A DNA stretch of 64,000 nucleotides from an uncultured Vampirovibrio sp. (GTDB lineage Bacteria > Cyanobacteriota > Vampirovibrionia > Gastranaerophilales > Gastranaerophilaceae), in NCBI GenBank assembly GCA_910577635.1, contig CAJTNR010000004.1, forward strand, positions 19,538 to 83,537, read 5' to 3'. The notes under the pieces were generated by a model. It searched no databases. It was not told where the DNA came from and saw only the letters and a list, made by a program, of their open reading frames with translations. Shown here in pieces: positions 19,808 to 27,975 of this stretch; positions within the stretch are counted from its first letter, which is position 1, and each line of letters begins with the position of its first letter. The position numbers and the translations under genes are program-made.

Positions 19808-20611
19808 TTACCTTTCAATTACCAAGAATGATTTTACTCTTCTTTGATATTTTCCTAAAGAGCCAATGTTCATATCTTTGTAGTTAATTGCTGTTGATAA
19901 TCCTCCATCTAGTGCCATTGCTTTTTTTAGCTTCAAAGTGTCTTTGGCGTATTGTTTGAGTTCATTAGCATCAACTTTATGGTCTTTTGTAAATAAAACA
20001 ATGTATAAGTTATTACCCTTAAGACCAATTAATGTTCTTTCTCTTCTTTTTAATATATCAACACTCTGCATTTTAACCCTGTCGTTTTCATAAACAACAA
20101 AACCTTCGCCGACTAAATCAACACAGGGGATAATCCCGGGTCCTGCCTGAAGAACATGTTTTATATGATAACCTTTTTTAACAGGATCATTGTGTCTTGC
20201 GATATCGAATTTCAATTTGTTTCTATCATTTTCAAGGATTCTTAACTCACTTCTTGATAAAACTTTATCCAGACGCTCTTCTTTTTTTAACCAGCCCACA
20301 AGTTCAGGAAGATTTGAAGGATCAGAAACTACTTTAGAGTCAATTGTAGTATAGGAAACGCTTTTTCCGCTTTTAACATCAAAAAAACCACCGTTAACAA
20401 CAAGATCAAAACAGTTTTGTTCATAAACCTTCTGGGGAGTTGTAAGATTAGCTGTAACGTATGGTTTAATTTTAGATCCATACTTTTTAGTGTTGATTTT
20501 AAACACATAAATCCCGTTTTGAGGGTTATCCACCTTAATTTTTTCTTTTGCGATAACAGGTGTCATTACAAACATTGATAGAATAAATAAACTTAGAATT
20601 TTCTTTTTCAT
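19808..20611 (-). CDS. phosphodiester glycosidase family protein (DUF2233-like)
   Basis: Signal peptide plus VVNGGFFD and ALDGGLSTA motifs typical of this family. Confidence 0.7.
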   Translation of the reverse strand: MKKKILSLFILSMFVMTPVIAKEKIKVDNPQNGIYVFKINTKKYGSKIKPYVTANLTTPQKVYEQNCFDLVVNGGFFDVKSGKSVSYTTIDSKVVSDPSNLPELVGWLKKEERLDKVLSRSELRILENDRNKLKFDIARHNDPVKKGYHIKHVLQAGPGIIPCVDLVGEGFVVYENDRVKMQSVDILKRRERTLIGLKGNNLYIVLFTKDHKVDANELKQYAKDTLKLKKAMALDGGLSTAINYKDMNIGSLGKYQRRVKSFLVIER

Positions 20612-21735
20612 TATAGATCCTTTACTTTCTTAATTATAAATATCGAGACAATAAAAAGTACAATTGGCAATCCTGCTGCAACAAATGAAGGCAGCACTCC
20701 TTTTTGAGCCAATAAATCAAAAAAAGGAAGAGTTATATAATAACCAAAAATTATTCCGACTGCAACGGTAAAACCTACCAGTCTTTGAGACCTTGGAGGC
20801 GAAAAACCTAACATACAGCCGATTATTGCAAAAAGAATACAAGTTAGAGGATGCAGGTATCTTTGATAGAGTTTTGTTTTAAAGTATCTGTATTCATCTG
20901 AAAAATTAGCTTTTTTTAACAGTTTTGAATACCTTGAGATCTGATGATTTGTAAAAACACGCTCTTTTCTTGTTGTATTGAGCATTAAATCCCAAACTTC
21001 CTGTGCTTTTTTTTCATCTCCGTCTAAAATAGGGTATTTTTCCTGATGAATAATATTTTCATAGATTCCATCATCATTAATTTCATATATAAGAGCATCA
21101 TATAGCATCCAGCAGTTTTTTTCTTTTTTCCCGAAAGGCGAAAAAACAATGCTTTTAAATGTTGTGGCATCGGAGTATTTTTCATTTGAAAAATTCATAA
21201 CTGTAATATCATAAATTTCAGTCGGGGAAAAATTTGAAACAATTATATTTCTCTTAGGTGTCTTATCAGGATTCTCGACAATATATACAAAATGGCTCCC
21301 TCCGCCTTTGGATTCACCCAGTTTTTGACTTGCAATAGGAACTAACTTATCGTTTACAATGTAGCAAAAAACACTTAAAATCACCCCAAAACAAATAACA
21401 GGAGCCATTATTCGATTAAAAGAAAGACCGATTCCTCGAAGAATTGATAATTCAGAGTTTTTGGACAATCTATCAAAAGTAAAAATTGACCCAAGAAGAA
21501 TTCCCACAGGAATTGCTTTAGCTAAGACTTTTGGAACCTCAAGAATCAGAAGTTTTAAGGCTGTTAAGTAACTTATATGGTCATTAAGAACTTTTTTAAT
21601 AACCTTGAACAATGTTTCAGGTGCAATCCATACAATAATAAAAAGAATAAGACAAACTATTGTTGCACCAAAAACCTGGGATAAGATAAAATTATCCAGC
21701 AAAGTGAGTTTAAGTTTTTTTGTCCTATTGTTCAT
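20611..21735 (-). CDS. LptF/LptG-family LPS export permease
   Basis: 374 aa with three TM helices, a periplasmic beta-jellyroll-sized insert, then three more TM helices. Lies immediately downstream of lptB. A YjgP/YjgQ-like LSILRGIG segment is present. Confidence 0.8.
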   Translation of the reverse strand: MNNRTKKLKLTLLDNFILSQVFGATIVCLILFIIVWIAPETLFKVIKKVLNDHISYLTALKLLILEVPKVLAKAIPVGILLGSIFTFDRLSKNSELSILRGIGLSFNRIMAPVICFGVILSVFCYIVNDKLVPIASQKLGESKGGGSHFVYIVENPDKTPKRNIIVSNFSPTEIYDITVMNFSNEKYSDATTFKSIVFSPFGKKEKNCWMLYDALIYEINDDGIYENIIHQEKYPILDGDEKKAQEVWDLMLNTTRKERVFTNHQISRYSKLLKKANFSDEYRYFKTKLYQRYLHPLTCILFAIIGCMLGFSPPRSQRLVGFTVAVGIIFGYYITLPFFDLLAQKGVLPSFVAAGLPIVLFIVSIFIIKKVKDL

Positions 21736-21741
21736 TTTTTT

Positions 21742-22482
21742 CTACAATACAAAGTCTTTGCCTAAGTAAAATTCTTTAGCTACAGGATCCACTGCAACAT
21801 CAGTGCTTTTACCTGAAATTTTTATTCTGCCGTCAAAAATAACATTTGCCCTATCTGTAATTGATAGTGTTGCTTTAGGGTTATGGTCGGTTATTAGAAT
21901 CCCTATGTTTTTCTCTTTTGCAAGTTTGTAGATATTCTCCTTGATTTCCCCTATTGCTATAGGGTCAATTCCTGTAAAAGGTTCATCCAGAAGAATAAAA
22001 GAAGGAGTTGCAGCAAGAGCTCTTGCAATTTCCACCCTTCGTCTTTCTCCCCCTGATAGGGCAACCGAAGGAGCTTTTCTTAATCTTTCAACACCAAACT
22101 CATTGAGCAAATTCTCCAATAGTTCGTCTTTTTGTTTTTGGTTCAATTTATCATTCATCTCAAGAACAAGTTTCAAGTTATCCTCAACATTTAGTTTTCT
22201 AAAAATTGAGGTTTCCTGAGGAAGGTAACCGATTCCAAGCCGGGCTCTTTCGTTCATTGGAAGTTCGGTAACATCAATTTGGGTTTTATCGTCATTTTCA
22301 ATTAAAACGCTGCCTTTATTAGCGCGCACAAGACCTACAACCATATAGAAAGTTGTGGTTTTTCCGGCTCCGTTAGGTCCTAATAATCCTACAACTTCAC
22401 CCTTGTTAACATCAAAAGAAACATCATTTACAACTGATCTATCACCGTATATTTTAACAAGATTTTTAGCTATTATTTTCAT
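21742..22482 (-). CDS. lptB: LPS export ABC transporter ATP-binding protein
   Basis: Walker A GPNGAGKTT, YLPQETSIFRKLNVEDNL (LptB-typical), signature LSGGERRRVEIARAL, Walker B ILLDEP. Confidence 0.9.
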   Translation of the reverse strand: MKIIAKNLVKIYGDRSVVNDVSFDVNKGEVVGLLGPNGAGKTTTFYMVVGLVRANKGSVLIENDDKTQIDVTELPMNERARLGIGYLPQETSIFRKLNVEDNLKLVLEMNDKLNQKQKDELLENLLNEFGVERLRKAPSVALSGGERRRVEIARALAATPSFILLDEPFTGIDPIAIGEIKENIYKLAKEKNIGILITDHNPKATLSITDRANVIFDGRIKISGKSTDVAVDPVAKEFYLGKDFVL

Positions 22483-22520
22483 ACTCTTCTCTCTTTTATA
22501 AATATTATATTATAAAAAAA

Positions 22521-23387
22521 TTATTTGAAAATTTTAATTAAAAAATCACTTCCTTTAAGAATAAAATATTTTTTTGTATTCTCGATTAAATCGTAGTTTT
22601 TAAGCTCATTATCAACAATATCAATTAATTCATAACTTTTAATTTCAATATATCTTGCCCCGACCTTGACATAAGGAGCTGCCCAGGGGTAAAGTGCCCT
22701 TAAGTGCCTTGAAACCTCTTGTTTTGTTTGGTTTAAGTTAATTATAACATTTTCCTCACTTAGCTGCGGTTCATAACTTGCAAATCTTTCATCCTGTTTA
22801 ATCGGCTGTATTTGTTTTTTATCAAAAAGCTCTAAAAACTCTCCCACAAGGACTTTTGCAAGCTGTGTCGTTTTATCCTTTAAGCTTTTTCCTGTCTCAA
22901 TTTCATCAATTGTTATTGCTTCCTGCGCTATGATATCGCCTCTATCAAAGTATTCGTTCATATAATGAATTGTCAGCCCGCTTACTTTTTGGTTTAGAAA
23001 AATTGACCAAAAATATGGATTAGCTCCTCTGTTTTTAGGCAGAAGCGCTGGGTGAAAATTAACAACAGGAACCTTATCAAGAATTCTTTTGCCGAACTTT
23101 TCAGCCCAAGACCCGACAATAATTAAATCAGGATTCAATTTATCAATTTCACTTATAAAATCATCGTCATTAACGCTTCTTGCTTTAATATCATACAATT
23201 TTTTTGATTTTATAATCGTATAATCCTGACTTGGATTAAACAAGTCTTTTATAAAAAGGGCTAAACCGTGATGGTTTAGTTTGTCACATCTAAAAACACC
23301 TAGAATTTCGTGTTTTTTAGAGGCTTCTATTCCTTCTATTAAGGAATAGAGCATTTGACCATAACCTACCAGTACAACTTTTGCCAT
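22521..23387 (-). CDS. formyltransferase-family protein (Fmt/ArnA-like)
   Basis: NFHPALLPKNRGANP is the formyl-transferase catalytic motif. Start moved to ATG 23387 (MAKVVLVGYG), which removes the overlap with the divergent promoter region. Confidence 0.8.
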   Translation of the reverse strand: MAKVVLVGYGQMLYSLIEGIEASKKHEILGVFRCDKLNHHGLALFIKDLFNPSQDYTIIKSKKLYDIKARSVNDDDFISEIDKLNPDLIIVGSWAEKFGKRILDKVPVVNFHPALLPKNRGANPYFWSIFLNQKVSGLTIHYMNEYFDRGDIIAQEAITIDEIETGKSLKDKTTQLAKVLVGEFLELFDKKQIQPIKQDERFASYEPQLSEENVIINLNQTKQEVSRHLRALYPWAAPYVKVGARYIEIKSYELIDIVDNELKNYDLIENTKKYFILKGSDFLIKIFK

Positions 23388-23494
23388 ATGACAATTATAA
23401 CATAAAATCTTCTTAACAAGAGTTAATATTCTTGTCGAAAACAATTTTTTGTAGTAATTTTAAATTGTATATTAACTTAATTAAGGATGAAATA

Positions 23495-24598
23495 ATGGTT
23501 AAAAAACTTATCACTCAGGATACAAGAATGTTCTTGACGGGTAATGAGGTTATTGCTTATGCGGCAAATGCTGCACAGGCTGAGTTTATGTATGGTTATC
23601 CTATTACTCCTCAGAATGAAATAATGCACACTTGGTGCAAACTATTACCTAAAACAGAAGCAGGGTTTTTGCAAACAGAAGATGAAATTTCAGCCGGTTT
23701 TTCAACAATTGGCGGAATCTTAGCAGGAAAACGTGCTTTTACTGCAACTGCAGGACCGGGAAATGTTATAATGCAGGATGCTCAATCAATGGCTGAAATG
23801 ATGAGAATTCCTTTTGTCTGCGCTGTTATGCAAAGGGGAGGACCTTCTACCGCTACTGTAATTTATGCTCAGCAGGAAACAAGGTTAACCTGTTTTGGCG
23901 GTAATGGTGAAGGTTTTAGAATCGTTTATTCAACCGCAGGACATCAGGATTTATTCGATTATATGATTAAATCCTTTAACACAGCCTGGAAGTACAGATT
24001 CCCGACTTTTATGCTTGCAGATGGATATCAGGGCAAAATGAGAGAACCTGTAACTTTGTATGATCCTACAAGCCGCGGAATTACCATGGAACCGACTCCG
24101 GCCGCTTTAAGAGCACCTGGTGTTATAGGGGTTGATAGAGAAGCAACACACTTAAGAAACACCTTTAACTTAGAAGAAGAACTAATGGAAAGACTTGATC
24201 AGTATCAGGTTGATTATGATAATATGAGCAAAGAAGTTGAAGAGTACTTTGAATACAAAGCAGAAGATGCCGAAGTTTTAGTTATTGCCCACGGTATTGT
24301 AGCAAGAAGCGCAATGACTGCTATTGATGAGCTTAGAGCTAAAGGAATTAAAGCAGGCTTGTTTAGACCAATCACAATAAGACCGCTTGCAGCTGAACCC
24401 TTAAGAAAAGCTGTTAGAAGAGCTAAAGAAGTACTATTCACAGAATCTGCTAATGGACAATTGGCGCAAATGTGTCTTGAAAAAATGTATGGTTTAACTA
24501 CACCTTATCAAACACTATTTAAAATGGGTGTTGGTGTAACAGGTGATGATATCGTTGAAAAAGTTGAATCAATGGTTAAAAAGTTAGCAAGTGTATAA
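23495..24598 (+). CDS. 2-oxoacid:ferredoxin oxidoreductase, alpha subunit
   Basis: LTGNEVIAYAA...GYPITPQNEI is a typical OFOR alpha N-terminus. AAGGA SD lies before ATG 23495. First of a four-gene alpha-beta-gamma-delta set. Substrate (2-oxoglutarate, pyruvate or other) cannot be assigned from sequence alone. Confidence 0.9.
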   Translation: MVKKLITQDTRMFLTGNEVIAYAANAAQAEFMYGYPITPQNEIMHTWCKLLPKTEAGFLQTEDEISAGFSTIGGILAGKRAFTATAGPGNVIMQDAQSMAEMMRIPFVCAVMQRGGPSTATVIYAQQETRLTCFGGNGEGFRIVYSTAGHQDLFDYMIKSFNTAWKYRFPTFMLADGYQGKMREPVTLYDPTSRGITMEPTPAALRAPGVIGVDREATHLRNTFNLEEELMERLDQYQVDYDNMSKEVEEYFEYKAEDAEVLVIAHGIVARSAMTAIDELRAKGIKAGLFRPITIRPLAAEPLRKAVRRAKEVLFTESANGQLAQMCLEKMYGLTTPYQTLFKMGVGVTGDDIVEKVESMVKKLASV

Positions 24599-24619
24599 AA
24601 TATTAAAGAGGAAATATAA

Positions 24620-25375
24620 ATGATTACAACACTAGATATTAAACCCGATTTAGCTAAAGCGCAAAATGCTGCTGCCGGAGCTTCAAAGTTCTGTCCTGGC
24701 TGCGGTCATGGCATGATTCTAAAAACCTTAGCTAAATCAATAGATGAATTAGAACTCAATGAAAGAGCGGTTTTTGGCTGTGATATAGGATGTTCTTTAT
24801 TATCCTGGAATTATATGAACCTTGATACTGTTCAAACTCACCATGGCAGAACAACCCCTGTAATTTATGGAGTTACAAGAGCAAACCCTGGAACTGTAGG
24901 AATTGCTTATATGGGAGACGGCGGCGGTCTTGCAATTGGAGCACAGCACCTTGTGAATGCTGCAACAAGAAGTGAAAACCTGCTCGTTATAGTTGCTAAT
25001 AACACAAACTATGGCATGACAGGAGGACAAATGAGCCCTACTACAATGCCCGGACAAAAAACAGAAACAACTCCATACGGCCGTGACCCTGAAGTAACAG
25101 GAAGACCTGCAAAAGCAGCGGAACTCGTTGCTGCAATTGCCGATCCTAATAAAGCATATGTTGCAAGGGCAAGTGTATCAAACTTAAGAAAGTTAAGCAC
25201 AATATTCAAAAAAGCTCTTAAAAATACTGCACAGGGAGGGTATTCTTTTGTTGAGGTATTATCTGTTTGTCCTCTTAACTGGAGAACAAATAACGAAGGA
25301 ACCTGGGATAGGCTCAAAACAATGGAAGAATGTTTTGAAGTTAAAGAGTTTTTAGTAAGAGAAGGATTGGAGTAA
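24620..25375 (+). CDS. 2-oxoacid:ferredoxin oxidoreductase, beta (TPP-binding) subunit
   Basis: FCPGCGHG cysteine motif and GDGG...NNTNYGMTGGQ thiamine-diphosphate binding motif. Confidence 0.9.
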   Translation: MITTLDIKPDLAKAQNAAAGASKFCPGCGHGMILKTLAKSIDELELNERAVFGCDIGCSLLSWNYMNLDTVQTHHGRTTPVIYGVTRANPGTVGIAYMGDGGGLAIGAQHLVNAATRSENLLVIVANNTNYGMTGGQMSPTTMPGQKTETTPYGRDPEVTGRPAKAAELVAAIADPNKAYVARASVSNLRKLSTIFKKALKNTAQGGYSFVEVLSVCPLNWRTNNEGTWDRLKTMEECFEVKEFLVREGLE

Positions 25376-25377
25376 TT

Positions 25378-25938
25378 ATGGCAAGAACAAGAATAGTTTT
25401 AGCAGGTGAAGGCGGACAAGGCGTTCAATCAATTGCAAAAATCCTGGTTGAAGCAGGCTATGAAGCAGGAAAAGAAATTCTATACATTCCTAACTTTGGT
25501 GTTGAACAAAGAGGCGGGGTTTCAGTTGCTTTTTGTCAGATTGCTGATGAAAAAATAGGCGAGCCCAGATTTGCTAAAGGAGATATTATTATCGCACTAT
25601 CTGATAGAGCAATACAACGCTGCGAAACTTATACAAGTCCTGATTCAATTGTTGTTTATGATTCAAGTGTATGCTCAACTAAACCCTGCGTTCCCTGCAA
25701 GGAAGCAATTGCAGTTGAAGCAAACAGAATCGCTAATGAAAAACTAAGCGCTCGTGTGTTTAATATAATGATTCTTGGAGTACTATTAAAAGCAACCAAT
25801 GTTTTAAAGCTGGATGATATTAAAAATGCTATGGAAATAGCATTGGGTAAAAAATTCGATGCAAAACCCGAACTTCGCGAGCTTAACTATAAAGCACTTG
25901 AGATGGGTATGGCAATGATAGATAAGGTTGGTGTATAA
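25378..25938 (+). CDS. 2-oxoacid:ferredoxin oxidoreductase, gamma subunit
   Basis: LAGEGGQGVQS...FGVEQRGG is a typical gamma-subunit pattern. Tightly coupled to the beta subunit (2-nt gap). Confidence 0.88.
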   Translation: MARTRIVLAGEGGQGVQSIAKILVEAGYEAGKEILYIPNFGVEQRGGVSVAFCQIADEKIGEPRFAKGDIIIALSDRAIQRCETYTSPDSIVVYDSSVCSTKPCVPCKEAIAVEANRIANEKLSARVFNIMILGVLLKATNVLKLDDIKNAMEIALGKKFDAKPELRELNYKALEMGMAMIDKVGV

Positions 25939-26196
25939 ATGGCAGAAGAAAAACAGTATAAAGGCTATAAGATAGAAAACGTTGCTAAGGGAAAAGCTGA
26001 CTGGTATATGTTTTCTGATTTGTGCAAAGGCTGCGGGCTTTGTATGGTTAAGTGTCCTAAAAAATGCTTAAGCTGGTCTAAGGAAGTGGGGTTATATCAG
26101 ACTCCTTGTGTTGAACCTAATCCAGAAGATTGCATTGCTTGCGGAACCTGCGCTCTAACTTGTCCTGACAGCGCTATTAAGGTTGTTAAAAAATAA
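25939..26196 (+). CDS. 4Fe-4S dicluster ferredoxin-type delta subunit
   Basis: 85 aa with two Cys clusters (CKGCGLCMVKCP and CIACGTCALTCP). The start abuts the gamma stop. Confidence 0.85.
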   Translation: MAEEKQYKGYKIENVAKGKADWYMFSDLCKGCGLCMVKCPKKCLSWSKEVGLYQTPCVEPNPEDCIACGTCALTCPDSAIKVVKK

Positions 26197-26215
26197 TCTT
26201 TTATAAATTTTTTCA

Positions 26216-26491
26216 TTAAAACGAGGCTATAAAGCCTCGTTTTTTATTTTTTAGCCAGCGAATAAATAGTAATAAGTTCAGTTCTTCATTTAAAAAGTTG
26301 TAATCCATAGTATATTTTTGTGCTAGTGCACTTTCATCTGTCGAATCTATCAAATTTTCAACAGTTATATATATTTCCTCAATATATTCAAGGACTATTA
26401 CAAGTTCTTTTTTAAGTTTTTTTAGCTGTTTTTTATTCAATTTGTTGACTTTAAAAATACATTGTAGACACGAAGATGATAGAAAAGACAA
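26216..26491 (-). CDS. possible hypothetical helical protein, divergent from the XRE gene
   Basis: A 91-codon open frame is unusual for an AT-rich spacer. However, it has a TTG start and no SD, its 5' end overlaps the XRE start, and its 3' end runs through the terminator hairpin. Kept as low confidence. Confidence 0.3.
   Translation of the reverse strand: MSFLSSSCLQCIFKVNKLNKKQLKKLKKELVIVLEYIEEIYITVENLIDSTDESALAQKYTMDYNFLNEELNLLLFIRWLKNKKRGFIASF
26218..26250 (+). terminator. intrinsic terminator of the oxidoreductase operon
   Basis: Stem AAACGAGGCT/AGCCTCGTTT with an ATAA loop (26218-26243), followed by TTTTTATTTT. Confidence 0.8.
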
Positions 26492-26829
26492 AAAAATATG
26501 TCTATTATAATGAAATGATAGAAGAAAGTACTATTAAAACCACTCTTGGCATGGTTATAAAAGATCTGCGGCATAAAAAAGGAATAACACAAGAAAAACT
26601 TGCAGAATTTCTTGGAATAGAAAGACAATCTATAGCAGCAATTGAAACAGGCAAAAGATTTATTTCAAGTGAATTACTTACTAAACTTTGTAATTTTTTT
26701 AATGTTGAACCTTATGTTTTCTTTTTAAAACAATCTAAAACATACAAAGAAGAAGATTTAGACAATATTAAACAAATAATTTCAATGCTTGAAAAAATAT
26801 ATAGTATTGTTTCTAAAACAAAGAGATAA
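26476..26829 (+). CDS. XRE-family helix-turn-helix transcriptional regulator
   Basis: LRHKKGITQEKLAEFLGIERQSIAAIETGKR is a classic Cro/C1-type HTH. Confidence 0.8.
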   Translation: MIEKTKKYVYYNEMIEESTIKTTLGMVIKDLRHKKGITQEKLAEFLGIERQSIAAIETGKRFISSELLTKLCNFFNVEPYVFFLKQSKTYKEEDLDNIKQIISMLEKIYSIVSKTKR

Positions 26830-26975
26830 AAACAATTAAAGCTAAAAAGTGTTCATTTTGTACCCTAACATACCTATGGAATAATTCTTAATCTTGTTAG
26901 CGACATTCTTAATATTTAATTGCAAAGGTTTCTAATTCGCAACATATATTATCAATACACCAATTAATATAAAAA

Positions 26976-27245
26976 ATGCAAGACGATAAAAATGTAATTT
27001 TTAGAACTGCTCTTGGAAAAGTTCTTCAAGAGCTAAGAAAAACAAATAAGAATAAATCTTTAAATAAACTTGCCCTGGAATACGATATCAACAAAGGGAG
27101 TTTAAGTAAACTTGAGCGCGGAGTCTATGATTGCCGTTTATCAACTGCTTGGAAACTCGCAGAAGCTAATGGTGTTAAATTTAGCGAATTTGCACAATTA
27201 TTAGAAAAAAACCTTGGTGAAAAATTTACTTTTATTGATTTATAA
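26976..27245 (+). CDS. XRE-family helix-turn-helix transcriptional regulator (short)
   Basis: LRKTNKNKSLNKLALEYDINKGSLSKLERGV...LSTAWKLAEANGV shows an HTH_XRE-like pattern. 89 aa. Confidence 0.75.
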   Translation: MQDDKNVIFRTALGKVLQELRKTNKNKSLNKLALEYDINKGSLSKLERGVYDCRLSTAWKLAEANGVKFSEFAQLLEKNLGEKFTFIDL

Positions 27246-27340
27246 ATACAAACTATAAAATATTTGCTAGAAAATATAGATTAAAAAAGACAGCTTTATT
27301 ATATCACAAGTGGACAAAATTATATTTATAATTGATACTA

Positions 27341-27349
27341 TGGTATAAT
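27341..27349 (+). promoter_or_regulatory. extended -10 promoter (TGgTATAAT), module 1
   Basis: TGGTATAAT at 27341-27349. No good -35 at 17-nt spacing, but extended -10 promoters do not require one. Architecture parallels module 2. Confidence 0.45.
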
Positions 27350-27441
27350 GTTTATGCAATATTATCATATATGACAAGGGAGTACAACTCTACCTCCAGC
27401 ACAGGCATTTTAACTAAAAAATCAGCTGGAAAGGAGGGTAA

Positions 27442-27522
27442 AACTATAATTTTAGAAAAATAATATTGCTATTCGTAGCATTAACTATGCTCACAGCAGC
27501 ATTAAATTTACTAAGATTATAG
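27442..27522 (+). pseudogene. decayed small hydrophobic ORF, module 1 (NYNFRKIILLFVALTMLTAALNLLRL)
   Basis: Open frame ending at TAG 27520-27522 in the same TAGGG context as the module 2 stop. It encodes a basic residue pair followed by a TM-like helix. The position aligned to the module 2 ATG reads ATA (27446-27448) and is out of frame. The only in-frame starts are TTG 27466 and ATG 27487, both far from the AAGGAGGG SD (27431-27438). Confidence 0.3.
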
Positions 27523-27566
27523 GGTGCTAAGTGAAATCTCAACAGGAATCTCAAACTTCGCTGGGA

Positions 27567-27614
27567 CTTTCTCCTATATCTATATTATACCCTATTTTAT
27601 AAAATTCAAGACTT
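27567..27614. repeat. conserved 3' box, copy 1 (CTTTCTCCTATA..ATTATACCCTATTTTATAAAATTCAAGACTT)
   Basis: Near-identical to 27976-28024 apart from small indels. On the minus strand it reads TTGAAT-14 nt-TATAAT. Confidence 0.7.
27584..27609 (-). promoter_or_regulatory. candidate antisense promoter, module 1 (TTGAAT / TATAAT, 14-nt spacer)
   Basis: Minus strand: -35 TTGAAT (27609-27604) and -10 TATAAT (27589-27584). The spacer is only 14 nt, so it may be weakened compared with the module 2 copy. Confidence 0.35.
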
Positions 27615-27694
27615 TGCACTGTTTTGGTTTTATCTTGTTGGGCTGATAATTTTTGTATCTATGCTAAACTATATTCCAGCTGATACCTCCGGCA

Positions 27695-27703
27695 ATTATA
27701 GCA
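27695..27703 (-). promoter_or_regulatory. extended -10 element on minus strand (TGCTATAAT)
   Basis: The reverse complement of 27695-27703 is TGCTATAAT. A transcript from here would run antisense into the 3' part of module 1. Confidence 0.3.
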
Positions 27704-27744
27704 GTATGTGCAGCTATAGCCGATAAAACAGCCTATTTTATCTT

Positions 27745-27773
27745 TTGTAAAATCAAGCTATGCTTGCTATAAT
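27745..27773 (+). promoter_or_regulatory. sigma-70 promoter with extended -10, module 2
   Basis: -35 TTGTAA (27745-27750), exactly 17-nt spacer, TGcTATAAT (27765-27773). Confidence 0.55.
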
Positions 27774-27856
27774 AATTCAAAGGGTAAGCTCCTTTTGCCG
27801 CCTGCCGCCACAGACTTGTTAAGTGGAAATTGAGCACAAAGGAGGTGATAAAAGAA

Positions 27857-27934
27857 ATGATTTTCTGTATAACAGAAAAAGCGCTATGGCTTATCTTAGT
27901 GATAATCATAACGCTTTCAATCATTTTCAAATAG
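27857..27934 (+). CDS. 25-aa hydrophobic peptide, candidate type I toxin (MIFCITEKALWLILVIIITLSIIFK)
   Basis: Not in the ORF track because it is under 60 aa. AAGGAGGTGA SD (27839-27848) with its GGAGG core 11 nt upstream of ATG 27857. A single TM-length hydrophobic stretch ends in Lys. An upstream CTCCTTT (27789-27795) is complementary to the SD region AAAGGAG (27838-27844). A 14-bp hairpin (27944-27978) follows the stop. Confidence 0.55.
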   Translation: MIFCITEKALWLILVIIITLSIIFK

Positions 27935-27975
27935 GGAGTTAAGAAGAACCTTGAGAGATAGCACCTTTCAGGGTT

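Noticed and set aside
24214-25317. Minus-strand ORFs 24214-24441, 24800-25057 and 25009-25317 within the oxidoreductase genes
   Set aside because: They are embedded antisense in genes with unambiguous OFOR alpha and beta motifs. Their Cys/Ser-rich nonsense composition marks them as shadow ORFs.
26897-26945. Direct repeat TTAGCGACAT / TTCGCAACAT upstream of the second XRE gene, as a possible operator
   Set aside because: The repeat is 10 nt with 2 mismatches in AT-rich DNA, has no dyad symmetry, and has an odd 39-nt spacing. It could easily be chance.
27371-27463. 30-codon ORF (MTREYNSTSSTGILTKKSAGKEGKTIILEK) in the module 1 leader
   Set aside because: It has no SD. It spans the anti-SD and SD elements and is hydrophilic. 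The equivalent region of module 2 has no ATG. It is most likely a chance ORF within a structured leader.
27733-27930. Listed 65-aa minus-strand ORF (MKMIESVMIITKISH...) in the non-coding islet
   Set aside because: It has a TTG start and no SD. It is the antisense shadow of the SD-equipped 25-codon forward ORF and its leader. The forward reading explains the promoters, the SD/anti-SD pair and the hairpin better. It is not formally excluded, because the antisense promoter at 28019-27992 would transcribe it.
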